From Chloroflexota bacterium (lineage in GTDB: Bacteria > Chloroflexota > Dehalococcoidia > Lucifugimonadales > Lucifugimonadaceae), in the NCBI GenBank assembly GCA_002714425.1, contig PAXI01000005.1, positions 100,877 to 164,876 on the forward strand: DNA of 64,000 nucleotides, in the 5' to 3' direction. Position 1 is the stretch's first letter; every line of letters starts with the position of its first letter. A program made the position numbers and the translations under genes. Under the pieces are notes generated by a model. The model searched no databases, was not told where the DNA came from, and worked only from the letters and a program-made list of their open reading frames with translations. Shown in pieces: positions 19,640-28,989 of the stretch.

Positions 19640-20932
19640 TTATTTGTCATTTATAGCTCTTTTTCCGATATCTTTTCTATAAAAAGAATTTTTAAAACTA
19701 ATTTTTTTAATACCTTTGTATGAGTGTTTTATCGCCTCTTCCATACTGGATCCTTCTCCTACAACTCCGATTACTCTTCCCCCATTAGTAAATATTTTTT
19801 TGTCCACTTTTTTTGTGCCAGAGTGGATAATATTATAATCTCTTGCATTTTCTAGTCCACTGATCAATTTACCTGTTTCATAATCTCCTGGATAACCATC
19901 TGCTGTCATCATGACAAAGCAAAAATTTTTATTGTTCCAAACAACTTTATTTGGGTCAAAATGGTTTTTTGAAATATCCATGCAAATTTCGAATAAATCA
20001 GAATCAAGCTTAGACATCAAAATCTGTGTTTCAGGGTCTCCAAATCTGCAGTTATACTCAATAACCTGTGGACCAGTTTTTGTAACCATTATGCCTATAT
20101 AAAGCAATCCTGAATAACTGGAGTTTTCTAATTCTAAAGCGTTTATAGTAGGGTATAGAATTTCATCTTTAATTTTATCTTCTAATTTTTTATCCCAAAA
20201 CTCTGGAGGCGAATATGCCCCCACGCCACCAGTATTAGGACCTTTATCATTTTCAAAAATCCGCTTATAATCACAAACAGCTGCCAATTCAGAGGAGTTA
20301 TCACCATCAACGAAAGCAAAAACACTAACTTCCGGACCAAAAATTCTGTCTGAAATAAGAAGTTTAGAATTATGTGAACCAAAAATTTTTTTTTCTATTA
20401 TAGCTTCAATAGTTTTGTTAATTTCGTCTTCTGTCTTTGGAAGAAAAACTCCTTTTCCTCCAGCTAAACCATCTGCCTTCAAGACCAAATCATTAGGATT
20501 GAAATTTCGTGCGTAATTTTGTGCCAATTCAGACTTTTCAAAAACTTCAGATTTTGGACAAGGGATATTATATTTTTTCATAAGTTTATATGCCCATATT
20601 TTTGAACCTTCAATTCTTGAAGCATTCTTTGAAGGACCAAAAATATTTAAACCTTTTTTCTTAAACTTATCTACTATACCATCAACTAAAGGTTGTTCAG
20701 GTCCAACGATTGTAAGGTCAATATTTTCAGTCGAAACAAAACTAATCAAATCATCCAAATTTGATAAATCAATATTTACATTAAAAATATTTAATTTAGC
20801 ATTAGAAATACCTCCATTACCGGGACAAACAAAAGTTTTATAAATATTATTACTGCTAGAAATTTTTTTTACTAGGGCATGTTCTCGTCCACCTGAACCT
20901 AAAATAAGAATGTTGTTTTTTCTATTGATCAT
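19640..20932 (-). CDS. purD: phosphoribosylamine--glycine ligase
   Basis: 430 aa. ILILGSGGREHAL N-terminus and ATP-grasp core. Confidence 0.95.
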   Translation of the reverse strand: MINRKNNILILGSGGREHALVKKISSSNNIYKTFVCPGNGGISNAKLNIFNVNIDLSNLDDLISFVSTENIDLTIVGPEQPLVDGIVDKFKKKGLNIFGPSKNASRIEGSKIWAYKLMKKYNIPCPKSEVFEKSELAQNYARNFNPNDLVLKADGLAGGKGVFLPKTEDEINKTIEAIIEKKIFGSHNSKLLISDRIFGPEVSVFAFVDGDNSSELAAVCDYKRIFENDKGPNTGGVGAYSPPEFWDKKLEDKIKDEILYPTINALELENSSYSGLLYIGIMVTKTGPQVIEYNCRFGDPETQILMSKLDSDLFEICMDISKNHFDPNKVVWNNKNFCFVMMTADGYPGDYETGKLISGLENARDYNIIHSGTKKVDKKIFTNGGRVIGVVGEGSSMEEAIKHSYKGIKKISFKNSFYRKDIGKRAINDK

Positions 20933-21349
20933 TTATATCTCCTGAGAAATTTCTATCAAATTACCATCTGGATCTCTTATATATACTGATAAAATTTCTC
21001 CTTCTGCACCATTTCTTTTTACTGGCCCATCTTCTATTTTAATTTCATTAGCAATTAAATAATCAATCCAATCGTATACAGAAGTATTAGATAAAAAGCA
21101 TATATCAGTAGAGCCTGAAGTTGGTTTTTTTGCATGAGGTTTATGTTTATTGCCAACTGAATGAATATTAATTTTTTGGTTTCCAAAAGCAAAAGAAATC
21201 CTTTTTGTATTATCATTTTCAGCAGTATAAAAACTTAATTTCATGTTGAGGACATCTTTGTAAAACTTAACTGTTTTATCGATGTTTTCAACTGTAAGAA
21301 CTATGTGGTCAATAGACTTAACAGAAATATTTTTATTAATTATTCCCAC
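20933..21349 (-). CDS. VOC/glyoxalase-family protein
   Basis: 138 aa. IDHIVLTV.. and IRDPDGNLIEI beta-alpha-beta-beta-beta module motifs. Embedded between guaA and purD with zero or negative spacing. Confidence 0.7.
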   Translation of the reverse strand: MGIINKNISVKSIDHIVLTVENIDKTVKFYKDVLNMKLSFYTAENDNTKRISFAFGNQKINIHSVGNKHKPHAKKPTSGSTDICFLSNTSVYDWIDYLIANEIKIEDGPVKRNGAEGEILSVYIRDPDGNLIEISQEI

Positions 21350-23004
21350 TCTATAGTTCCAGGTGGTTTACTGGTAATATCATATACAACTCTATTAACA
21401 TCATTTACCTCATTAACAATTCGGTTTGAAATTTTTCCTAATAGATCATATGGTAACTTACTCCAATCTGCAGTCATAGCATCTTGACTATCGACTGACC
21501 TTATTGCTATAACGTATTGATAGGTTCTTTTGTCGCCCATAACTCCAACTGTCTGAGTATTTGTCAGAACTGCAAAAGATTGCCATACTTTTTCATATAA
21601 GCCAGCAGATTTGATTTCGTTCACAATAATCCAGTCTGATTCTCTGAGGATTTCAAGTTTTTTTTCTGTTATCTCTCCAATAATTCTAATAGCTAGGCCG
21701 GGGCCAGGGAATGGTTGTCTATAAATATTTTGTTTAGATAATCCTAATTCAATTCCAGCTAACCTAACCTCATCTTTGAATAAATACCTAAGTGGTTCAA
21801 TCAATTTTAATTTCATTTTTTCTGGCAAACCGCCAACATTATGATGAGTCTTAATTTTGTGAGCTTGACCTGTTTCGTTACTTGTAGATTCTATTACATC
21901 AGGATATAAAGTGCCCTGAGCAAGATAATCTACAGTTCCTATTTTTTCAGCTACTTCTTCAAAAATATTAATAAATTCAGTTCCTATAATTTTTCTTTTT
22001 TCTTCTGGATCTATAATATTTTTCAACGATTTCAAAAACCTTTTTCTCCCCTCATAAAAAATAACCTTAGCACCAATGTTTTTTGTAAAAATATCTCTAA
22101 TTCTTTCCACTTCACCTTTTCTCATCAGTCCATTGTCTACAAATATACAAGTTAGATTTTCTCCTATTGCCTTATGAATTAAAGCCGCGGTAACAGTAGA
22201 ATCAACACCTCCCAATAAAGCACAAATAACTTTATCGTTTCCTATCCTTTGTTTAATATTTTTAATAGTTTGTGATACAAAATTTTTAGATGTCCAGCTC
22301 CCACTTGAGTTACAAATTTTAAATATAAAATTTTCTAATATTTTAGTACCATTCGTGGTATGTGCTACTTCTGGATGAAACTGTAAGCCATAATACTTTT
22401 GGTTCTCATCAGAAATTACAGCATTCGGCGAATTATCACTAAAAGCAATAGTTTCAAAGCCTATTGGCTTAGATTCTATTTTATCTCCATGACTCATCCA
22501 CACTGTAAAATTATCATCGATTCCATCAAGAATTTTACTACTTTTATTTTTATATATTACAGTATGACCATACTCTCTTTTTTGGCCAGAGATCACCTTC
22601 CCACCGAGTTGATGCGCAATTAATTGCATACCATAACATATACCTAAAATAGGCTTATTTGATTCATAAACCCAAGCTGGAGCAACAGGAGCATTTTTAT
22701 CATAAACACTATTAGGTCCACCTGAGAAAATAAATCCTATAACATTCTGTTCATTCATTATCGAAGAATCTGAATCAAAGTTTATGATTTCACAAAAGGT
22801 ATTTAGTTCTCTTACTCTTCTCGCTATAAGCCTTGAGTATTGAGATCCAAAATCAAAAATTACAATCGTCTGAATTTTCGAATCAATTTCAGGAGTATTG
22901 CCCATAAGATTATGTGATTTAGCAATTTCTAGATAGGTGCCTAACTCAATGTCATCTGAGGCTGATATACGTAGATTATCTTTGGGATTTTTTTCAAGTT
23001 TCAT
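21340..23004 (-). CDS. guaA: GMP synthase (glutamine-hydrolysing)
   Basis: 554 aa. GATase GICYGMQ Cys motif, PP-loop (LLGGVDS) and C-terminal GTIEWE. The true start could be the internal ATG at 22905. Confidence 0.95.
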   Translation of the reverse strand: MKLEKNPKDNLRISASDDIELGTYLEIAKSHNLMGNTPEIDSKIQTIVIFDFGSQYSRLIARRVRELNTFCEIINFDSDSSIMNEQNVIGFIFSGGPNSVYDKNAPVAPAWVYESNKPILGICYGMQLIAHQLGGKVISGQKREYGHTVIYKNKSSKILDGIDDNFTVWMSHGDKIESKPIGFETIAFSDNSPNAVISDENQKYYGLQFHPEVAHTTNGTKILENFIFKICNSSGSWTSKNFVSQTIKNIKQRIGNDKVICALLGGVDSTVTAALIHKAIGENLTCIFVDNGLMRKGEVERIRDIFTKNIGAKVIFYEGRKRFLKSLKNIIDPEEKRKIIGTEFINIFEEVAEKIGTVDYLAQGTLYPDVIESTSNETGQAHKIKTHHNVGGLPEKMKLKLIEPLRYLFKDEVRLAGIELGLSKQNIYRQPFPGPGLAIRIIGEITEKKLEILRESDWIIVNEIKSAGLYEKVWQSFAVLTNTQTVGVMGDKRTYQYVIAIRSVDSQDAMTADWSKLPYDLLGKISNRIVNEVNDVNRVVYDITSKPPGTIEWE

Positions 23005-23040
23005 TTATACAAACTATCATTTCCCTAGAAAAAAAAAATC

Positions 23041-23526
23041 TTACAAAGACGAAAAAATATTTTTTTGCATCTTTATATGTAAAATATTTGCTTCCATAAA
23101 TTCATCCCCAATTGGAAAGTAACCATTTTTCGAATAGAATTTTTCTACATACTTTTGTGCATTCAACTCAACCAATTTTATTTGCTTTTTCTTAAGATGA
23201 TTTTCTATAAATAGCAGTATTTTGCTTCCAATTCCATACCTTCTATATTTTTTCCTCACAGCCATTCTACCTACTTTGTATTTTTCTTCTGAGATTTTTT
23301 GTAATCTTGCAGTTGCAATAGGTTGATTTTTATAAAAACCTAGTATGTGTTCACATTTATAATCTAAATTGTCTATCTCTATTTGAGGGTCTACTTCCTG
23401 TTCACCAATAAAAACTTCTTTTCTAATTTCGACACAGAGTTGTATTTCTTTTTCTTTTTTTGCTTCTATTATTTGAAATAAATTAAACATATATATTATT
23501 ATTTGTTTTTTTTTATTAAAAATCAA
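23041..23526 (-). CDS. GNAT-family N-acetyltransferase
   Basis: RKKYRRYGIGSKIL acetyl-CoA loop (Q/RxxGxG). The start may be the internal ATG at 23490. Confidence 0.75.
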   Translation of the reverse strand: MIFNKKKQIIIYMFNLFQIIEAKKEKEIQLCVEIRKEVFIGEQEVDPQIEIDNLDYKCEHILGFYKNQPIATARLQKISEEKYKVGRMAVRKKYRRYGIGSKILLFIENHLKKKQIKLVELNAQKYVEKFYSKNGYFPIGDEFMEANILHIKMQKNIFSSL

Positions 23527-23554
23527 ATTAATTTAATTTATAGTTAATATACTT

Positions 23555-24166
23555 ATGAAATCAAAAATTAACCAGGCAATAAAATATATAATTGATGAAA
23601 AACTCGTAGCATTACCCACAGATACGTTTTTTGCACTTAGCGCTAACGGGTTAAGCACTAAAGCAATAGAGAAAATATATTACGCTAAGGGCAGGGACTA
23701 TTCATCTCCAATACCACTTTTGATTTCCAGCCAAGATATGGCTATGGACATTTCTAAAAATCTCTCAGATTTATTTTTTAAGATCACTGAAAAATTTTGG
23801 CCTGGTCCATTAACAGTTGTCGTTGATGCAAATGAAAATGTACCTGAAATTGTAAAATCTAAGTCTAAGAAAGTTGGGATAAGAATACCTAGCCACAAAG
23901 TATGCTTAAAGATAATAGAAGAAACTAATTTACCCATTTCCGGTACTAGTTGTAATATATCAGGAATGGAGCCAAGCAAAAACTATAAATTCATTAATAA
24001 TAATTATTCAAAACTTATAGACCTTGTACTTGAAGAACCCTGCGGGATTGAAACTGCTCCAAGTACAGTGGTGGAAATAAACCATAATTCAATTAAAATA
24101 TTAAGACCAGGAGCCATCAAAAAGGAAGCTATTATCAAACATTTGCCTGAGATTTTAATCAAATAA
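23555..24166 (+). CDS. tsaC: L-threonylcarbamoyladenylate synthase (YrdC/Sua5 family, YrdC domain only)
   Basis: 203 aa. ALPTDTFFAL and KGRDYSSPIPLL (KxR..P) motifs. Confidence 0.8.
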   Translation: MKSKINQAIKYIIDEKLVALPTDTFFALSANGLSTKAIEKIYYAKGRDYSSPIPLLISSQDMAMDISKNLSDLFFKITEKFWPGPLTVVVDANENVPEIVKSKSKKVGIRIPSHKVCLKIIEETNLPISGTSCNISGMEPSKNYKFINNNYSKLIDLVLEEPCGIETAPSTVVEINHNSIKILRPGAIKKEAIIKHLPEILIK

Positions 24167-24201
24167 AATATATATAATAATCTTAATAAAAGAAAGTAAT
24201 T

Positions 24202-25227
24202 TTGGTAAAAAATAATAATTATATAGAAACTGACAAACATCTACTTGAAGAAGCATTGAAAAAATTTATTCTTAGTAGAGATCTTCCTATGTATAAAATC
24301 ATGAGTTACCATATGGGTTGGTTAGACAGAAACGGTGACTTAGAGCATTCTAAATTACCAAATAGAAATATAGGTAATCTTTTACTAAAATTTTCAAGAT
24401 GTATTAATGATGATAAAATACCACCAATATCATTGGCTGTTTCAAGTGAATTACTATCTAATTTCCTCCAGATTCATGAAGATGTAAAATATGCGAATAC
24501 CAATAGAAATAATCGTGAATCTATATGGTGGGTATGGGGTCCCGCACAAGCAATAAATACTGGAGATGGTGTTCACGCTATGGCTAGAGTAGCTATATTT
24601 GAACAGGAGAATTTCGATAAGAATATTTTATCACCAGATCAAATACTCTATGCTCTGAAGGTTTTAGATGAATGTATTCTTTCTGTATGTGAAGGAGATT
24701 ATCTTGAAAATTCATTTCAAGAACGAGCTAATGTTACCTTAGATGAAATCTTAACATCTGTTGAGAAACAATCAAATTTATATGGATGCGCAACCGCATT
24801 AGCAGGAATAGGCAATTTTACCGATAAGAAAAATATTGACACTCTAAAGTACATTGGAATGGAAATTGGAAAATTTCTATTATTAAGTAATGACTTAAAA
24901 TTCTTCTTGGATAGTAAAATTGATGAAATTAACGATACTGATTTAGGCAAACTTCAGTCTAAAAAAAAGTCCATTATTACATCTCATTCAATTGAAAATG
25001 GTACACCTTCTATAAGAAGAAAAATGGGTGAAATATTTATGAAAAGAGTTTTAGAAGATGCAGATCTTGAAGAAATAAAAAATATTGTTGAAGAAACCAA
25101 AAGTGTAGAATTCGGAGAGAATTATATTTCTAACCTAAAAAAAGAATTAATAAACACTATTAATAATTCATTTTTTGAAACAAATCAAAAAAAATCAATT
25201 TCAGGTTTCGTTGAAAACATCAATTAA
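24202..25227 (+). CDS. polyprenyl-synthase-family homologue with degenerate catalytic motifs
   Basis: 341 aa, colinear with IdsA-type trans-prenyltransferases (YHMGWLD, AINTGD, DL..KKS). GKxxRP, FARM (DDxxD..RR) and SARM (DDxxD) read PNRNIG, EDVKY..NRNNRE and NDLKF. TTG start. Confidence 0.7.
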   Translation: MVKNNNYIETDKHLLEEALKKFILSRDLPMYKIMSYHMGWLDRNGDLEHSKLPNRNIGNLLLKFSRCINDDKIPPISLAVSSELLSNFLQIHEDVKYANTNRNNRESIWWVWGPAQAINTGDGVHAMARVAIFEQENFDKNILSPDQILYALKVLDECILSVCEGDYLENSFQERANVTLDEILTSVEKQSNLYGCATALAGIGNFTDKKNIDTLKYIGMEIGKFLLLSNDLKFFLDSKIDEINDTDLGKLQSKKKSIITSHSIENGTPSIRRKMGEIFMKRVLEDADLEEIKNIVEETKSVEFGENYISNLKKELINTINNSFFETNQKKSISGFVENIN

Positions 25228-25237
25228 ATAATAGAAT

Positions 25238-26368
25238 ATGAAAAGATTATCCCAAGCTGAAATATACAAAAAAAATATTTTTCTAAGAGTTGATTTAAAT
25301 GTACCAATGAGTAATGGTAAAATTAGAGACGAATCAAAAATAACAAGTGTTTTACCAACAATAAAACATTTATTAAGAAATAATAATAGAATAATTATCT
25401 GCTCCCATTTAGGTAGACCTAAAGGTTCGTACAGTAAAGATCTATCTCTTGCGCCTATTGCCTCAAGATTGAGTAAATTTCTGGAAAATATAGAGATTAA
25501 AATGATTGATTTTCCATTTGATAATTTCACCAAAGACCGGTTGAAAAGTTCTAATATATATATGCTTGAAAATATACGTTTCGATAACAGAGAAGAGTTG
25601 AATTCTGAAGATTTATCTAATGAACTAAGTAAATTTTCAGATATTTATATTAACGATGCTTTTGCTAGTAGCCACAGAAAACATGCATCAACTTATGGAA
25701 TAACAAAATTTCTACCAAGTTACGCAGGGTTTCTCGTAGAAAAAGAAATTGATTCTTTAAATGAACTATTTTCAAGCAAATATTCCAAAAAATTAGCTAT
25801 CGTTGGAGGTGCAAAAGTCTCAGATAAAATAAAGTTGATTAGCAACCTATCAAAAAAACTTGATTTTGTTCTTATAGGAGGCGGTATGATTTCCGCTTTT
25901 GTTCAAAAAAATCATCCAGAATATGGATATGCAAAAGAAATAGTCCTAAATAGTAGGGGAAAAATAATTATTCCAGATTACGTTCTTGTAGGAAACGAGT
26001 TTAATGAAAATACGAAATATAAAATCATTAATACAACCGATATTAGGGATAATTTGAACATAAAAATCTTAGATATAGCAGAAAGATCATTTGAAAAAAT
26101 TTCAGATTATATTTCAACTTCGGATCTAATTATTTGGAATGGACCCGTGGGGGTTTTTGAATGGGCCAATTTCTCACTTGGGACATTAAAATTAATTGAA
26201 TTATTGAAGAACACCAAAGCAAAAACATTCATTGGAGGTGGCTCAACCGCAGAAATAATTCATAAGACATCAACGCAAAAATATTTCACACACATATCTA
26301 CTGGTGGTGGAGCAACATTAGAATTTTTAGAGGGTAAAGAACTACCAGGTTTAAGAGCACTATCATGA
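25238..26368 (+). CDS. pgk: phosphoglycerate kinase
   Basis: 376 aa. RVDLNVP, SHLGRPKG and STGGGATLEFLEGKELPG motifs. Confidence 0.95.
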   Translation: MKRLSQAEIYKKNIFLRVDLNVPMSNGKIRDESKITSVLPTIKHLLRNNNRIIICSHLGRPKGSYSKDLSLAPIASRLSKFLENIEIKMIDFPFDNFTKDRLKSSNIYMLENIRFDNREELNSEDLSNELSKFSDIYINDAFASSHRKHASTYGITKFLPSYAGFLVEKEIDSLNELFSSKYSKKLAIVGGAKVSDKIKLISNLSKKLDFVLIGGGMISAFVQKNHPEYGYAKEIVLNSRGKIIIPDYVLVGNEFNENTKYKIINTTDIRDNLNIKILDIAERSFEKISDYISTSDLIIWNGPVGVFEWANFSLGTLKLIELLKNTKAKTFIGGGSTAEIIHKTSTQKYFTHISTGGGATLEFLEGKELPGLRALS

Positions 26369-27129
26369 AAAATAAATCATATATATCTACTGTAATTGCA
26401 AACTGGAAAATGCATAATGATTTTAACGCTGCATTAGATCTAGTAATAAAAATTTTTTCGTACAGTAATATGGCAAAAAATGTAGAAAAAATTATATGTC
26501 CTCCAGCAGTGAATATTATTCCCCTTTATGATCAATTTAAGAATTCTACATTTAGTTTAGGTGCCCAAAATATTAACGAAAATAATGAAGGTACATACAC
26601 AGGTGAAATTTCTGTAAACATGCTAAAAAATTATATCACTCATGCTATTATAGGGCACTCGGAAAGAAGAGAAATATTTAATGAAAGTAATTATACTATA
26701 TCTCTCAAGGCGAAAGCACTATTAAGTAATAAGATTGTCCCTGTGATTTGTGTAGGAGAGCCTCTTGAAATATATAAAAAAAATAGATCTGTAGAATTTA
26801 TAAATAACCAATTATTTGAGATTCTCTCTAAAATACAAACAAATAGTGAAATACTAATAGCATATGAGCCAATTTGGTCAATTGGCAATAAAAACCCAGC
26901 AGACCCAGTATATGTAGAAAAAATCATCACCAAATCTAAGGATTTCCTAAGCACTATAAGGCCTATTAGAAATGTAAATCATAAATTTTTATATGGAGGT
27001 AGTGTTAATTCTAAAAATGTATTAGATTATACAAAACAACAAAATATAGATGGAGTTCTAGTAGGGAGTGCGAGTTTAGATGCAAGTGAGTTTGGAAAAA
27101 TAGTATTACAAATATCGAATAATGGATAA
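26365..27129 (+). CDS. tpiA: triosephosphate isomerase
   Basis: 254 aa. ANWKMH, IGHSERR and AYEPIWSIG motifs. 4-nt overlap with pgk. Confidence 0.9.
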   Translation: MKNKSYISTVIANWKMHNDFNAALDLVIKIFSYSNMAKNVEKIICPPAVNIIPLYDQFKNSTFSLGAQNINENNEGTYTGEISVNMLKNYITHAIIGHSERREIFNESNYTISLKAKALLSNKIVPVICVGEPLEIYKKNRSVEFINNQLFEILSKIQTNSEILIAYEPIWSIGNKNPADPVYVEKIITKSKDFLSTIRPIRNVNHKFLYGGSVNSKNVLDYTKQQNIDGVLVGSASLDASEFGKIVLQISNNG

Positions 27130-28048
27130 AAAAAACAAGATAATTGTAATCGTTGGAGCTACTGCAAGTGGAAAATCTCGTTTTGGTATTAAAATAGCAA
27201 AACACATTAATACTGAAATTATAAATGCTGATTCAAGGTTATTTTATAGAGGGCTAAATATTGGAACAGCTAAACCCACAAAGAGAGACTTAAGTCTAAC
27301 TAAACATCACTTAATTGATATTATTGATCCTGATGAAAAATTTACTTTAAACAACTTTTTGATTTTAGTTAGAAGGCAAATCCAAAAATTACATAATGAA
27401 AAAAAAATCCCCATAATTATTGGAGGCTCTGGTCAATATATTTGGTCACTGATTGAGGGTTGGAAAATACCAAAAGTAAAACCAGACACTGAACTTAGAT
27501 CAAATTTAGAACAACAACTTAATCAAAATGGTATTGAGCACCTTCAATTGATGTTAAAAAACTTGTCTGAAAAACTATACAAGCAAACAGATTTACTTAA
27601 CCCTAGAAGAATTATAAGGTCTATTGAAATTGCAAAAAGCTCGATAGATAATAAGGTTCAAAAGAATGAGAAGCAAACATACGATTCATTTATTCTCGGA
27701 CTTAATGCTGAAAGAAAATTACTTCACTCAAGAGTAAAAAATAGGATAAACAAGATGCTCGATGATGGGTTTATCGAGGAAATAAATACTCTAATTGCAA
27801 AAGGATATGATAGTTCTTTACAGTCAATGAGTAGTATTGGATACAAAGAATTTATAAATTATGTGAAAGGTGAATACTCGAAAGAAGAAGCTATTCAGAA
27901 AACTATTATTTCCACTAATAGGTTAATAAGGAATCAAAATAATTGGTTTAAGCAAAGCGATGATAGAATCTACTGGATTGATAACAACGATGAAGAAAAA
28001 AATTTTAATTTGATAAAAAATGTCATAAATAAATGGATAAAAACATAA
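27122..28048 (+). CDS. miaA: tRNA dimethylallyltransferase
   Basis: 308 aa. P-loop GATASGKS, DSRLFYRGLNIGTAKP and HHLID motifs. Confidence 0.9.
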   Translation: MDKKNKIIVIVGATASGKSRFGIKIAKHINTEIINADSRLFYRGLNIGTAKPTKRDLSLTKHHLIDIIDPDEKFTLNNFLILVRRQIQKLHNEKKIPIIIGGSGQYIWSLIEGWKIPKVKPDTELRSNLEQQLNQNGIEHLQLMLKNLSEKLYKQTDLLNPRRIIRSIEIAKSSIDNKVQKNEKQTYDSFILGLNAERKLLHSRVKNRINKMLDDGFIEEINTLIAKGYDSSLQSMSSIGYKEFINYVKGEYSKEEAIQKTIISTNRLIRNQNNWFKQSDDRIYWIDNNDEEKNFNLIKNVINKWIKT

Positions 28049-28102
28049 ATTTTCAATAATTTAATAAAAATTTTTTTTACAATATTAAATAAACTTAAAA
28101 TT

Positions 28103-28975
28103 ATGATCATTAATTTCACAAAATTACAGGGTGCTGGCAATGGCTATATAGCCATAGACGGCAGAGACATAACTATTACCTGGGGGAAATTAGCTATAGA
28201 GATGGGAGATCCTGCTTTCGGAGTTGGTTCAGACGGGATTGTTGTGGTTGAAAATTCTAAATTAGCATCAATCAAAATGCGAGTATTCAACACAGATGGT
28301 TCAGAAGCCGAAATGAGCGGGAACGGTATAAGGTTATTTTCTAAATTTGTAATTGACAATAAAATTTGTTTACCAGAAAATAATGCTCTAGATATAGAAA
28401 CACTAGGTGGAATCAGAACAGTTTGGCCTGAAATTTCAAATGAAAAAATGATCTCTGCTAAAGTAGCAATGGGCAAGCCAACATTCAAAACAGAAGAAAT
28501 ACCGGTTGACATAAATAAAGTTGAAAATATTACACCAGTGCAAAATTATTCTTTAAAAATCAATCATGATGAATTTAAGGAGATTAAAATAACATGCTTA
28601 TCTATTGGTAATCCTCATGCAGTTTGTATTTTAGATACACCTGTAGAAGAATTTCCACTTAATGATATTGGCCCATTAGTTGAGAATCATGAAATTTTCC
28701 CTAACAGAATAAATTTCGAAATAGTGAATATCATAAACGAAAATACTATTCGTGCAAGGATATTTGAAAGGGGAGAAGGAGAAACATTATCATCAGGAAC
28801 AGGGAGTACTGCTTCAGCATCTGCATCAAGAATGTTGGGATTTGTAAAAGACGAAGTTGAAGTGATTCTGGATGGGGGCGTGCTAAAAATCTCATGGGAT
28901 AATGATGGAGAAGCATACCTTGAAGGCCCTGCGGAGGAAGTTTTTACTGGAAAATGGGAAATCAAAAATGACTAA
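28103..28975 (+). CDS. dapF: diaminopimelate epimerase homologue lacking both catalytic cysteines
   Basis: 290 aa, colinear with DapF (GAGNGY, FNTDGSEAEM-S-GNG, GNPH, ERGEGETLS-S-GTG). Conserved miaA-dapF-hflX neighbourhood. Confidence 0.8.
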   Translation: MIINFTKLQGAGNGYIAIDGRDITITWGKLAIEMGDPAFGVGSDGIVVVENSKLASIKMRVFNTDGSEAEMSGNGIRLFSKFVIDNKICLPENNALDIETLGGIRTVWPEISNEKMISAKVAMGKPTFKTEEIPVDINKVENITPVQNYSLKINHDEFKEIKITCLSIGNPHAVCILDTPVEEFPLNDIGPLVENHEIFPNRINFEIVNIINENTIRARIFERGEGETLSSGTGSTASASASRMLGFVKDEVEVILDGGVLKISWDNDGEAYLEGPAEEVFTGKWEIKND

Positions 28976-28989
28976 GGAAATAAATTATT

